Shown here: positions 17,634 through 27,353 of the stretch, piece by piece
How positions within the stretch are numbered: the stretch's first letter is position 1
Layout: the number at the start of each line of letters is the position of its first letter
NCBI GenBank assembly: GCA_045532145.1
Contig: JAZSFJ010000102.1
Span: 1-61,115, forward strand
Direction: 5' to 3'
DNA from: Oscillospiraceae bacterium
GTDB taxonomy: Bacteria > Bacillota > Clostridia > Oscillospirales > Oscillospiraceae
Length of the DNA: 61,115 bases
The notes under the pieces: generated by a model
What the model was told of the DNA's origin: nothing
Database searches by the model: none
The model's input: the letters and a program-made list of their open reading frames with translations, nothing else
Translations under genes and position numbers: made by a program

Positions 17634-18479
17634 TCAAAGAGTTTTGCTTCCCCAAAGGGCCATAAGGTCCTCTTTCACCACAAAGAAGGATGCCTTGTTC
17701 CAGCGCACACGGCAGAGCTTGCCCTCGGGGTCGCCTGCCTCGGCGTATTTGTGGTTCAGCTTGTCCTCAATGGTGGCGTCGCCTTCGTATATATGCTCCA
17801 CAAGGCCTATGAAGTCATCCAGATAGGAGTGGGCGATGGGGGCGCCGTTATGAGCGGGGAGAATGGTGTTCCACTCACTCTTGCGCTCACGAAGCTTCAG
17901 CATGTTGGCGTAGTGGGCTCGAAGTTTTTTGTCAAGCACAAACTCATAGCCGGGAATGGCTTCGGTCTCATACATGAGCACCTGAGTGCTCTCAAGCTCG
18001 TCGCCTACGAAGAGATAGCCGCTGTTGTGGTCCAGAAATGCCAGAGAGCCATTGGAGTGGGAGGAAATGTCGATGAGTTCAATAACTCTGCCGCCCAGAT
18101 CTACGGTGTCGCCGTCGGAGACGAACACGCACTCATAACCGGGGTAGGGGAGCTTGCTTGCGTCGAAGGGCAGACGGTAGCAGGTGAAAATATCGGCTTT
18201 ACCGCCGGGGAGCATATAAACCTTTTCCCATTCTCCGTTGCCGCCGGAGTGGTCAAGATGGCCGTGGGTGTTGAATACTATCACCGGCTTGTCGGTGAGC
18301 TTTTCAACGTATGCGCGAAGATTGCCTGCGCCCCAGCCCGTATCTATAAGCAGGGCCTTTTCTTTGCCCTCGAGAAGATACATATTCTGAGAGCCGCCCA
18401 TAAAATTTATGACCCAGGTATCCTCGTTTATCTTCCAGTTCATATAAGAGCCGAAAATTTCAATAAGATTAGGTTCCAT
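17634..18479 (-). CDS. MBL-fold metallo-hydrolase
   Basis: THGHLDHSGGN (HxHxDH) motif. Start at ATG 18479 (MEPNLIEIF) with AAAGGAG upstream; the track start is 18506. Confidence 0.8.
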   Translation of the reverse strand: MEPNLIEIFGSYMNWKINEDTWVINFMGGSQNMYLLEGKEKALLIDTGWGAGNLRAYVEKLTDKPVIVFNTHGHLDHSGGNGEWEKVYMLPGGKADIFTCYRLPFDASKLPYPGYECVFVSDGDTVDLGGRVIELIDISSHSNGSLAFLDHNSGYLFVGDELESTQVLMYETEAIPGYEFVLDKKLRAHYANMLKLRERKSEWNTILPAHNGAPIAHSYLDDFIGLVEHIYEGDATIEDKLNHKYAEAGDPEGKLCRVRWNKASFFVVKEDLMALWGSKTL

Positions 18480-18562
18480 AACGGTGTATCTCCTTTCATA
18501 TATCAAAACCCCCGAGGCAAAGCCGCGGGGGTCGTATGGTGTTCGGAATTATTAAAATCGGA

Positions 18563-19588
18563 TTAGTGCTTCAGCGCGGCGAGAGCGGCAGACTTCTTGT
18601 CCTTCCATGCTCTGTGGAGGCCAAATTTGTAGCTGTTGGAGGTATAGACCAGGAAGAGCAGGACCACGAGACCGTCCATTACGCTCTTGAGGGAGCTGGA
18701 GCAGCCCAGCTTGACAAGACCGGCGGTGAGACAGGCCTGGCAGAATGCACCGATAACAGTACCGATGTTGCGGTCGGAATAGGGCGCAAGAGCCTGACCA
18801 ATAAACATGGGCAGGAAGGCGCTCATAAGGAAGGAAGAGCTGGAAAGTCCGGTTTCGGGAGCCACCATACCATTGTAGCTCAGGAAAACGACGCCGGCGC
18901 AGGCCATGAGAATGCCGGCAATAATGTAGCAGATAACAGAGTTTATATTTTCATTGACGCCCACTTCAACGGCGTTTTTCTGGCCGGTTTGGAGGGAGCG
19001 GCAGTTATAGCCAAATTTGGTGAAGTTCAAAAGGTAGATTAGAACAATGAGCACAGCGCCCATAAGCATAAAGCCATACTTGGGCTCGGCCCAGATGAGA
19101 AGATTGAAGCGTCCCAGGAGACGGATGCCGGAGTTGTTGATGGCAAAGCCAATTGCCTCGAAAATCATGGCGACGCCCAGAGAGGAAACCATGGGAGGCA
19201 GACGGAGGGTAATATAAATGATGCCGGATACAAGTCCGCAAAGAGCTCCGATGACTATAATAAGTCCAAGGAGCAGGAAAATGCTTGCGGGCACAGAAAG
19301 CTCTATGGCCTTCTCTATCTTCAGGAAGAGATTACCGCCGGCAATAATAGAGAGGAGGAGCACAGAACCCACGGAGAAGTCAAAGCGTCCGGAAGTGAGG
19401 TTGTAGCTCATGGCAAGGGCAATGAATCCCGAGTAAATGGTATTATAGAAAATAGTACGCAGGTCGGGACCAACGCCGAAGCCGGGGGCTCCAAACGCAT
19501 TTGTCAAAGCAAAGAACAGCAGATAAACCACCACGGGAACGCCGAGAGTGATCCCGATATTCTTCAAAATTCTTTTCGTTTTATTCAT
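18563..19588 (-). CDS. Sugar ABC transporter permease (CUT2/ribose-type)
   Basis: 341-aa multi-TM protein, paralogous to 20945-21901 and in an operon with the two-domain ATPase. Confidence 0.8.
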   Translation of the reverse strand: MNKTKRILKNIGITLGVPVVVYLLFFALTNAFGAPGFGVGPDLRTIFYNTIYSGFIALAMSYNLTSGRFDFSVGSVLLLSIIAGGNLFLKIEKAIELSVPASIFLLLGLIIVIGALCGLVSGIIYITLRLPPMVSSLGVAMIFEAIGFAINNSGIRLLGRFNLLIWAEPKYGFMLMGAVLIVLIYLLNFTKFGYNCRSLQTGQKNAVEVGVNENINSVICYIIAGILMACAGVVFLSYNGMVAPETGLSSSSFLMSAFLPMFIGQALAPYSDRNIGTVIGAFCQACLTAGLVKLGCSSSLKSVMDGLVVLLFLVYTSNSYKFGLHRAWKDKKSAALAALKH

Positions 19589-19676
19589 AGCGCACCTCGA
19601 TAATCAGATGCCGGAGCGGGCGGAAGCCCGCCCCGGCGCAGTGTTTGCCTGGAATAATTAAGAAATGTAAGAAAAC

Positions 19677-20903
19677 TTAGCGGCGAGCCTGGATGTCAGC
19701 AGCGTCAACAGCGGTGTAGAGAGCGCTCATGTCTTCCAGAGTCAGGTCGGGATTGTAAGCATAGAGAACGGACTGAATGTCTTCAATGTCGAATACCCAG
19801 CCGCCTTCATTGCTCTCAACACCGGAGAGGTAAGCAGCGTCTTCGATATTGGTGACAAGCCACCAGCTGGCATCGATCAGGGGAGCGGAGCCGTCGGGAT
19901 TGCGCTGCTGCTCAGCGTGACCGTCCATAGCGTTGATGATCATGGGGATAGCCATACCGAAGATGTCGGCGATCTCAGCGGAAACGCCAACATACATGCC
20001 GGCGCCGAACATATCAACAACAACGGGAGATACAACGTCAACGGCAGCGGTCTTGATCTGGCCAAACTTGCCTGCAGCCTGCATGGGCTGGATCCACATG
20101 AGAGCGGTGAGCATAGAGGCGAGACCGTCAGCATCGCTGTTGAGAGCCTCGGTCTGAGCAGCCTCGAAGGAACCGTCAGTGCCGGGGAAGCCGGGAACCT
20201 CAGCTACGACCTCGATGTCATAGCCGGCTTCCTGGTGAGCCTTAACAGCGTCCATAGCGCCGGTGTAACGGTCGATGAACATCTGAATGCCGAAGTTGAC
20301 ACCGCCGGAAGCGATGATGATCTTGTGGCAGCCTGCCTCAACAAGAGCGTCAACGCAGCCCTTGCCGTACTGATAGTCGGCGTTGCCAACATAGAAGGAG
20401 CCCAGATAGAGGGGGTTCATGCTGTGGTTAGCCTGGATAGCCTCGTTGAAGCCCTGGCCCCAGTAGTACATACCAAGGCTGGTGCAGAGGTCAACGGACT
20501 GATCGTTGGCCACGTTGTAGAATGCGATGATGGCATCGCAGCCGGCAGCGGCGGCCTGCTCGATGAAGGCCAGCTCCTGCTCAACGCTGCTGATGGACTC
20601 GGACCAGAGCATCTCAATGTTGAAAGCGGTCTGGAGATACTCGATGTAGGCCTTGGTGGTCAGATAGAGTTCGGCGGTGGTGTCGTAGTTCAGGAAGCCG
20701 ATCTTGATGGTTTCTGCGGGGTAGCGGCCGTCAGCGGAGAGCTGGGGGCCTTCTGCCTGGGGCTCGTCGGGAGTCTCGGGCTCAGCGGGAGCTGCAGGAG
20801 CTTCGGGCTCAGCGGGAGTCTCGGGAGCGGCGGGGGTGCCACCGCAGGCGGCCATGCTCAGAACCATTGCCAGAGCAAGCAGCAGAGCGAGAATCTTTTT
20901 CAT
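19677..20903 (-). CDS. Sugar ABC transporter substrate-binding lipoprotein (type I periplasmic-binding fold)
   Basis: Start at ATG 20903 (MKKILALLLALAMVLSMAACGG, lipobox) with AAGGAGG upstream, then a P/E/A-rich tether and a PBP-like domain. Confidence 0.8.
   Translation of the reverse strand: MKKILALLLALAMVLSMAACGGTPAAPETPAEPEAPAAPAEPETPDEPQAEGPQLSADGRYPAETIKIGFLNYDTTAELYLTTKAYIEYLQTAFNIEMLWSESISSVEQELAFIEQAAAAGCDAIIAFYNVANDQSVDLCTSLGMYYWGQGFNEAIQANHSMNPLYLGSFYVGNADYQYGKGCVDALVEAGCHKIIIASGGVNFGIQMFIDRYTGAMDAVKAHQEAGYDIEVVAEVPGFPGTDGSFEAAQTEALNSDADGLASMLTALMWIQPMQAAGKFGQIKTAAVDVVSPVVVDMFGAGMYVGVSAEIADIFGMAIPMIINAMDGHAEQQRNPDGSAPLIDASWWLVTNIEDAAYLSGVESNEGGWVFDIEDIQSVLYAYNPDLTLEDMSALYTAVDAADIQARR
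20771..20820. repeat. Imperfect 27-nt tandem repeat encoding the P/E/A-rich lipoprotein tether
   Basis: CGGGCTCAGCGGGAG occurs at 20777-20791 and 20804-20818. It encodes PAEPEAPAA / PAEPETPDE. Confidence 0.7.
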
Positions 20904-20944
20904 GTTTACTTTCCTCCTTGAATTTTGGAAATACATTTTATTAA

Positions 20945-21901
20945 TCATCTGGGCAGCAGCTTGGTGCGGTAGCTCATACTCGCAACATAGACAACAGCCA
21001 GGAAGATTACGGCACGGCAGATCTGGATAACTGCAAGATCCAGATTCATCATGGTGAGACCGGCGTTCAGCACGGTAATGGTAGCAGCACCAACAACACC
21101 GGCGCTGATGCGGCTTCTGGGGCCTCCGGTGAGGGGCATGCCGCCCAGAACAAGGGCGACCATAACGTCGGTACCCATTGTACCGGCGCTGGTTGAACCA
21201 ACGGCACGGGCGCGCATAAGAAGGACAAAGGCTGCAAGAGCAATGCCCACAGCGCCAATGATGAAGGCAAACATCTTGACCTTAACGGGGTTAAGTCCGG
21301 TCTGGCGGAAGGTGACAGGGTTGCCTCCCAACAGCTTTATCTCACGGCCCAGCCTTGTATAATTGAATATCACAAGGCAGAGAATGAAGTAAGCGGCAAG
21401 GCAGACCAGATTCAGCACGGTCAGCTGACTCTGGCTGAGATTTGGAATGGGCTTCACGGCGGCGGAGAGGTAGATGGTGGTCTCCTTGCCCATCATGAGA
21501 AGCACCAGAGCGGTGAGGACAGAGCCAAGGACGATGGTGACTATGAAAAGGGGAACTTCAACATAGGAAGCGAATATACCCTTGAGTATGTTCAGAACCA
21601 ACGCAGCACCCAGGCAGCCGAGAGCCATTACAACTATACTGCCGGAGGCAATGCCTGCGTAGCCGCCCACAACGGCAGCCATGCAGAGTGTGCCGCCCAT
21701 GGACATATCGAAGCAGCCGGAGCCGAAAATGAACACGGAGCCTATGCTCACAAGAGCGGTGAGCATAACCTGGTTAACAAGGCTCTGGATACTCTGAGAG
21801 GTGAGTATGGCGCCCTTGGTGGTAATGCTGAAAATTACGACCACCAGCACAAAGCCTACGATGGGGAAACTGTTTTTTATGACATCCCAGTATTTTTTCA
21901 T
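20945..21901 (-). CDS. Sugar ABC transporter permease (CUT2/ribose-type)
   Basis: 318-aa multi-TM protein, immediately downstream of the ATPase. Confidence 0.8.
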   Translation of the reverse strand: MKKYWDVIKNSFPIVGFVLVVVIFSITTKGAILTSQSIQSLVNQVMLTALVSIGSVFIFGSGCFDMSMGGTLCMAAVVGGYAGIASGSIVVMALGCLGAALVLNILKGIFASYVEVPLFIVTIVLGSVLTALVLLMMGKETTIYLSAAVKPIPNLSQSQLTVLNLVCLAAYFILCLVIFNYTRLGREIKLLGGNPVTFRQTGLNPVKVKMFAFIIGAVGIALAAFVLLMRARAVGSTSAGTMGTDVMVALVLGGMPLTGGPRSRISAGVVGAATITVLNAGLTMMNLDLAVIQICRAVIFLAVVYVASMSYRTKLLPR

Positions 21902-21916
21902 CTTGTTTCCCCTCCC

Positions 21917-23425
21917 TTATATCATGCAGTCGATGATCTGGCTGTCGGTCAGATCGGGGCTGCGCATAAACTCACCGGCGAGACCACCGTCTTTCAGGAT
22001 GAGGAGACGGTCTGCCATGCCTATGAGCTCGGTAAGCTCTTCGGATATCATGATAATGGTCTTTCCTGCGGCCTTCATATCCTCAATAAGCTGATACATT
22101 GCAGCCTTGACACCGATGTCAACACCGCGGGTGGGGCAGTCCAGAATGAGAATGTCGCAGTCTCGGCCGACCCATTTGCCGAAGACAACCTTCTGCTTGT
22201 TGCCGCCGGAGAGGAACTGAACATTCTGGCCGATGGAGGCACACTTGATGGAAAGACTCTCCACCTGCTTGTTCACGTAAGCTTTTTCGCTCTTGGGGAA
22301 AATGAAAGGACCGGAGTTTATTTTGTCAAGACCGGCGGAGGCAATGTTGTCTCTGATGGAAGCGGCCAGTACCAGAGCCTCCTTGTCGCGGTCCTTGGAA
22401 ACATATCCAAAGCCCAGCTTGGTGGCTTGTCCGGCGCTTGTGATTTTCTGGCCGGAGGGAACATGGGTGACGGAGCCGGTGAGAAGTTTTTCTTCGCCGA
22501 AAATTACCTTGCCCAGCTCATGCATTCCGCAGTGGGAAAGACCACCTATGCCCAGGATTTCGCCCTTATGTACCTGCATGGAGAAATTCATGAGAAGACC
22601 GGAGCCGGAGGTCACATTATCCACATCGATAATGATCTCATCGCTGATTTTGGCTTCAAAATCGCTGCGGTAGTATTTTTCGCCCATCTCGCGGCCAACC
22701 ATGTGCTTTTTGATAACATTGCCATCAAACTCGCTGCGGTCAAGGGCGGCGATATACTTTCCGTCTCTGAGAACCACCATGCGGTCGCATATCTCCATAA
22801 GCTCTTCAAGGTCGTGAGAGATAAAAATCACGCATTTATTCTCGTCGCGCATCCTGCGCATTATGTCATAGATGATGTCGCGGCCGCGCTGGGAGAGGGC
22901 AGTGGTGGTCTCGTCCACCACAAGGACATCAGGGTTATTTACCATAACTCGTGCAAGCTCAACAAGTTTTCTGTCCTGAATGTTCAGCCTGTCTATGACC
23001 CAGCTTGCGTCTATATCTCCGCAGCCTATATCGTCCAGAGCCTTCTGAGCGGCCTTGTTCATGGCGGAGCGGGAAAGACCTATGCCCTTGCGGAATCTGC
23101 CTTCCTCGCCCAGGAATATATTCTGAGCAATGGAAATGCCGTTAACATAGCCCTGCTCCTGCACTATCATGCCTATACCCTTGGCGGCGCCCTCTATCAT
23201 GGTGGAGACCTTGTGAAGCTCTCCCTTATAATATATTTCGCCGCTGGTGGCAGGCTGCATGCCGGCCAGAATGGAGGTTATGGTGGATTTGCCGGAGCCG
23301 TTTTCTCCGATAAGTCCCGTTATCTGCCCGCGGTAGATCTTCAAATCAACATGATTGAGCGCTATGGTGGGGCCGAAATTCTTGCAAAGGTCCCTGGTTT
23401 CTACGATGAGCTGCTTTTCGTTCAT
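21917..23425 (-). CDS. Sugar ABC transporter ATP-binding protein (two fused ABC domains)
   Basis: Walker A GENGSGKST. The C-terminal domain has the LSGGNKQK signature. 502 aa is typical of the CUT2 RbsA/MglA type. Confidence 0.9.
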   Translation of the reverse strand: MNEKQLIVETRDLCKNFGPTIALNHVDLKIYRGQITGLIGENGSGKSTITSILAGMQPATSGEIYYKGELHKVSTMIEGAAKGIGMIVQEQGYVNGISIAQNIFLGEEGRFRKGIGLSRSAMNKAAQKALDDIGCGDIDASWVIDRLNIQDRKLVELARVMVNNPDVLVVDETTTALSQRGRDIIYDIMRRMRDENKCVIFISHDLEELMEICDRMVVLRDGKYIAALDRSEFDGNVIKKHMVGREMGEKYYRSDFEAKISDEIIIDVDNVTSGSGLLMNFSMQVHKGEILGIGGLSHCGMHELGKVIFGEEKLLTGSVTHVPSGQKITSAGQATKLGFGYVSKDRDKEALVLAASIRDNIASAGLDKINSGPFIFPKSEKAYVNKQVESLSIKCASIGQNVQFLSGGNKQKVVFGKWVGRDCDILILDCPTRGVDIGVKAAMYQLIEDMKAAGKTIIMISEELTELIGMADRLLILKDGGLAGEFMRSPDLTDSQIIDCMI

Positions 23426-23565
23426 GGCATAGTCACCCCGTAAAATTAGTCACATTGACATCCTAAGATGAATTAATTAGCCTGATATATATTAAATATA
23501 ACAAAACTGCCACTGTCAGTACACCCACGATTTGGGCTGAAATCCGACTTTTTTTGATACAAACG

Positions 23566-23595
23566 TTGACAGCGTCGCCATGAAATGATTATACT
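23566..23595 (+). promoter_or_regulatory. SigA-type promoter of the AraC-type regulator (TTGACA-18-TATACT)
   Basis: TTGACA at 23566-23571 and TATACT at 23590-23595, about 28 nt upstream of the start codon. Confidence 0.45.
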
Positions 23596-23623
23596 GTATG
23601 AAATGGAAAGGAGGCGTTAAATT

Positions 23624-24760
23624 GTGAGCATTGACAAAAATTTCGCAACAATCGGGCAAGTCTATGATTTTCTGGTGAAAAAACACGGGGAAACAGGGCA
23701 GTCATTCTCTTTTCCCGAGGCATTGGATAGCCTCCGCTCAGCAGGAGAGCTTTCCCAAATTCCACCTCCTTTTCCGCTTTTTTGTTCCAATATGAGTACG
23801 GATGAATTTCTTGAATTCATGCGCGGACTTTGTATCAATGCAGACCCCATACTTCCCCAGGCCCACACATACATGAGCGACCCGACCATGGAAGAAAAAA
23901 ATCTCTTTCCTGATGGAAAGGATGTTTTCTGCCTTATGAATATGCCATACATGGTGGAGCTGCCCCATTTTCATAAATTCTTTGAGATAACCCATGTGCT
24001 CAAGGGAAAGTGTACCTTTGTCTTTGAAGGGGAGAAGGTCACCCTTTCCGAAGGTGAGCTTTGCATAGTTTCTCCAATGTCGGCACATTGTCTGCCCTTG
24101 GAACCCGGCTGCTTTGCCGTATCAATCGTTGTTCGCCGCAGTACCTTTGATAAGGTTTTCAGGAGCCTTCTGACTCAGAAGGACCTTATAAGCCTGTTTT
24201 TCCGCAGCAGCCTTTATGAGAACAGAAGAGCCAATTACATTCTCTTCAAAAACGGCAGCGACCCCCTTGTAAATCAAACTTTGAAGGAACTTGTTTATGA
24301 ATGCAAGGTTCCGGAGCAATATGCAAATGACTGCGCCGTAAGTCTTCTCAATCTCTACCTTGCCCGGGTGCTCAGAGCATCCAGCAACGCGGTTCAGCTA
24401 TATCGCCACGAGGGATATTCCGAGCGTGACTTCGACTTCTCTCTCGTGCTCAATTACATTCAGCAAAATTACCGTACCGTAACCCTCTCCTCTTTGGCTC
24501 AAACCTTCCATTTCAGCGAGAGCTATCTCAGCAAGCTTATCCATAAAAAGCTTAATAAGAGCTTTACCGAGATACTCAGGACGCTGAAGATGAATAACGC
24601 CCTTGAATATCTTATGAACACCCAAATGAAGATAAGTGAGATTGCGGACGCTGTTGGTTACGACAGCGTGGATCATTTCTCCCGCACCTTCCGCAAGGTC
24701 TACGGTGTGCCCCCGCAGGAATATAAAAAGAGCTATTCGGAGGAAAGCTTGTCCGAATGA
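23624..24760 (+). CDS. AraC-family transcriptional regulator (cupin sensor plus HTH_18) with an N-terminal extension of about 100 aa
   Basis: C-terminal ISEIADAVGYDSVDHFSRTFRKVYGVPPQEY AraC HTH. Cupin-like HFHKFFEITHVLKG. GTG start with AAAGGAGG upstream. Confidence 0.85.
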   Translation: MSIDKNFATIGQVYDFLVKKHGETGQSFSFPEALDSLRSAGELSQIPPPFPLFCSNMSTDEFLEFMRGLCINADPILPQAHTYMSDPTMEEKNLFPDGKDVFCLMNMPYMVELPHFHKFFEITHVLKGKCTFVFEGEKVTLSEGELCIVSPMSAHCLPLEPGCFAVSIVVRRSTFDKVFRSLLTQKDLISLFFRSSLYENRRANYILFKNGSDPLVNQTLKELVYECKVPEQYANDCAVSLLNLYLARVLRASSNAVQLYRHEGYSERDFDFSLVLNYIQQNYRTVTLSSLAQTFHFSESYLSKLIHKKLNKSFTEILRTLKMNNALEYLMNTQMKISEIADAVGYDSVDHFSRTFRKVYGVPPQEYKKSYSEESLSE

Positions 24761-24806
24761 AAAAACCAAGTCTCAGCCGATCGCTCGGCTGAGACTTGGT
24801 TTTTTC
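24761..24806. terminator. Bidirectional rho-independent terminator
   Basis: Perfect 15-bp stem CCAAGTCTCAGCCGA-tcgc-TCGGCTGAGACTTGG flanked by A5 and T6, between convergent genes. Confidence 0.85.
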
Positions 24807-24807
24807 A

Positions 24808-26100
24808 TTATACTTTGCCCTTTGCGGCAATGTGATTCTGGCGGCGGTTTTTCACTTCATCGCTCTTGGGTTTGATGTCACCGGCCTTGGTCAGAGCTAT
24901 CTTGGTCATCATGGGTCCGAAGAGCTCATAAACCAAAACGCCCATAAGTATTATATTGCGGACTACAGCGCCGTCTTCGCCCAGATGGGTGGCTGCGCTG
25001 AGGCTCATGCCCAGTGCTACACCGGCCTGAGGGAATAGGGTAATGCCAAGATATTTGGTAACATTGCTGTCACAGCCCATGGCGCGGGAGGAAAGACCAG
25101 CGCCGAAATACTTACCCACGCAGCGGGTGATAATATACACTACGCCGATAATTACCATGAGGTAGTTGGAGAAGACGTTCAGCTGGAGTTCAGCACCGCT
25201 GAGGACGAAGAAAAGGGTGAAAAGGGGAGCGGTCCAGCGGTCGGACTTTTCCATAAGCTCGTCGGAGAGAGGGCAGGTGTTGCAGAAGATAGTGCCCAGC
25301 ATCATGCAGACAAGCAAGGTGGAGAAGCCAACGGTAACATTTCCAATCTCGAACTTAACCATACTGAGAGCCACGGTGAGAACCACAAAGCCGATAATAA
25401 GGGTCATACGGTTGCGGTTGGAGTGGAAAATCCTCTCAATGGCGTTGAGCACATAACCCAGCACTGCGCCCAGAACAAGGGAGAGTACGATTTCAATAAG
25501 AGGCTCAACGAGGATGGAGATAACATCCACAGCGCCTACCAGCAGAGCACGGGCAATACCGAAGGCCACGGCGAAGCACACAAGACCCACGGCATCGTCA
25601 AGAGCCACAACGGGCAGCAGTATGTCCGTAACAGGGCCCTTGGCCTTATACTGGCGAACCACCATCAGCGTTGCTGCGGGAGCGGTGGCGCTGGCGATTG
25701 CACCCAGAGTAACGGCGGCGGGGAGGGAGAGAGTTTCGGGGAAAGCGAAGTGGAGACCAATCATGGCTGCCTCCACAAGAATAACGGCACAGACACCCTC
25801 GCATATAGCCACAACAACGGCCTGGCGACCGGTGCTTTTAAGCTTTTTGAGCGTGAACTCGTTGCCGATGGCAAAGGCGATGAAGCCCAGAGCCAGATTG
25901 CTTATCATGCTCAGAGAGTGGATGGACTCATAGTTTGTGAAGCCCAGCCCATCAATGCCGAGACGGCCCAGACAGAAGGGGCCTATAAGAATACCGGCGA
26001 TAAGATAGGCGGTAACGTCGGGCAGCTTAAAAATATTGACCACACGGGTCATCAGAAGTCCCGCAATGAGTGCAACTGCAATGGAAAAAAGAAAAGTCAT
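24808..26100 (-). CDS. Cation:proton antiporter (Na+/H+ exchanger family)
   Basis: 430-aa polytopic membrane protein. N-terminus FKLPDVTAYLIAGILIGP is typical of the Na_H_Exchanger/CPA family. Confidence 0.7.
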   Translation of the reverse strand: MTFLFSIAVALIAGLLMTRVVNIFKLPDVTAYLIAGILIGPFCLGRLGIDGLGFTNYESIHSLSMISNLALGFIAFAIGNEFTLKKLKSTGRQAVVVAICEGVCAVILVEAAMIGLHFAFPETLSLPAAVTLGAIASATAPAATLMVVRQYKAKGPVTDILLPVVALDDAVGLVCFAVAFGIARALLVGAVDVISILVEPLIEIVLSLVLGAVLGYVLNAIERIFHSNRNRMTLIIGFVVLTVALSMVKFEIGNVTVGFSTLLVCMMLGTIFCNTCPLSDELMEKSDRWTAPLFTLFFVLSGAELQLNVFSNYLMVIIGVVYIITRCVGKYFGAGLSSRAMGCDSNVTKYLGITLFPQAGVALGMSLSAATHLGEDGAVVRNIILMGVLVYELFGPMMTKIALTKAGDIKPKSDEVKNRRQNHIAAKGKV

Positions 26101-26258
26101 ATTATGTACCTTCTTATGTTATATATAATTCTGAATGTCCCCTAGAATATACAACTTTTTCATTCTCATTACAAGAAGAAAAATTCACCGAATATCAGGG
26201 CTTTCAAGGCCATTTTGCAGACGAAATACACATATTGTTTTAGCGGGAGGGATGTGCT

Positions 26259-27353
26259 ATGATGGAGAAAACAGCGAAAGGCGGTAAGGGACAAATGACC
26301 TACAGCGAATTTTTGAAAGCAGGGGACGAGCAGATAAGACTCATGCTCTTTGACAGTCTCTCCGCCGCTCCCGAGATAAGAAGAAAGCAGCTTATTGAAG
26401 CGGTCATAGCAAAAATATCCTTTACTCAGCAGCAGCTTGAGAATACCTCCCCGGGCAGCGAGCTGGTCTCCGCCAAGAGCCGCATTGGCATGATACTCTC
26501 AGGAGCCATGAAGTCCCGCTATATTCTTGAAGATGAGCTGGGCTATATGAGCCTGAACAGCGCGGAGATAAACTATGTGTCCAAATACCAGTGCCGGGAT
26601 TTTGTTGTCTCAGCTTTGGAGGGGGGCAAAAGCTATACAAAGCAGGAGCTTTTCCGCATGGCGGAGGAGCATTTCTGCAACTGTGAGCTCAGTCCCGAGG
26701 ATAAGGACCTTCAGCTTCGCTCCGTCCTTGGTCAGGTCATAGCGAGGCTTGAAGAGGAAGGCCATATCTGTCGCTGCAGCGATAAAATAAGCCTTATCAC
26801 TGACACTCGATATCCCAGCACCGAGCTTGGCTGCTATCTCCGAGAGGCTGCCTTGGGCGGCAGCGTTGAAAAATACTTCCTCAAGGCTGTTCACACCATG
26901 GGCGGTGAGTGGTTTGAGCTCTATGCCGTGGAGCTTATGGAGAAGTATTTCAAAAAAACCGGCAAGAGTATTATTTCTGCCTCTGTCTCCGGCGGCAGCA
27001 ACGATGGAGGCATAGACGGAATCATAAATACCAAGGACTGGCTGGGCTACCGGGAACTCATACTGATGCAGATGAAAAACCGCAACGCCATAGTCACCCC
27101 CAAGGACGTCCGGGAGTTTTACGGAGCGGTCTGCGCCGAGCAGGGAAGCCGCGGCCTCTATGTGACCATTTCCTCCTTTCACCCCGAGGCCCAGAAGCTC
27201 ATAGACAAGGTGGATAATCTTATCGGCATAGACGGTCACCGAATCTTTCTTATAGCAAAAAAAGTGCGCTACGGCCTTAAATTCCATAAGGGCAAGCTGC
27301 TGATTGACGAGGAGCTTTTCCTGAATCCTATAGGACAGGAGTGTGGAATGTGA
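26259..27353 (+). CDS. Mrr-like restriction endonuclease domain protein (N-terminal region of about 220 aa unassigned)
   Basis: The C-terminus matches the Mrr_cat pattern: GGSNDGGIDGII...ELILMQMKNRN..VTPKDVREFYGAV...GLYVTISSFHPEAQ...LIGIDG. GGGAGGG RBS. Confidence 0.7.
   Translation: MMEKTAKGGKGQMTYSEFLKAGDEQIRLMLFDSLSAAPEIRRKQLIEAVIAKISFTQQQLENTSPGSELVSAKSRIGMILSGAMKSRYILEDELGYMSLNSAEINYVSKYQCRDFVVSALEGGKSYTKQELFRMAEEHFCNCELSPEDKDLQLRSVLGQVIARLEEEGHICRCSDKISLITDTRYPSTELGCYLREAALGGSVEKYFLKAVHTMGGEWFELYAVELMEKYFKKTGKSIISASVSGGSNDGGIDGIINTKDWLGYRELILMQMKNRNAIVTPKDVREFYGAVCAEQGSRGLYVTISSFHPEAQKLIDKVDNLIGIDGHRIFLIAKKVRYGLKFHKGKLLIDEELFLNPIGQECGM

Noticed and set aside
13644-23443. + strand ORFs within 13.6-23.4 kb (e.g. 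14064-15185, 15330-16466, 17328-18566, 19917-20921, 22427-23443)
   Set aside because: All lie antisense to the GH3, GH2, MBL-fold hydrolase, substrate-binding protein and ATPase genes, each of which has recognisable family motifs. The antisense translations are low-complexity.
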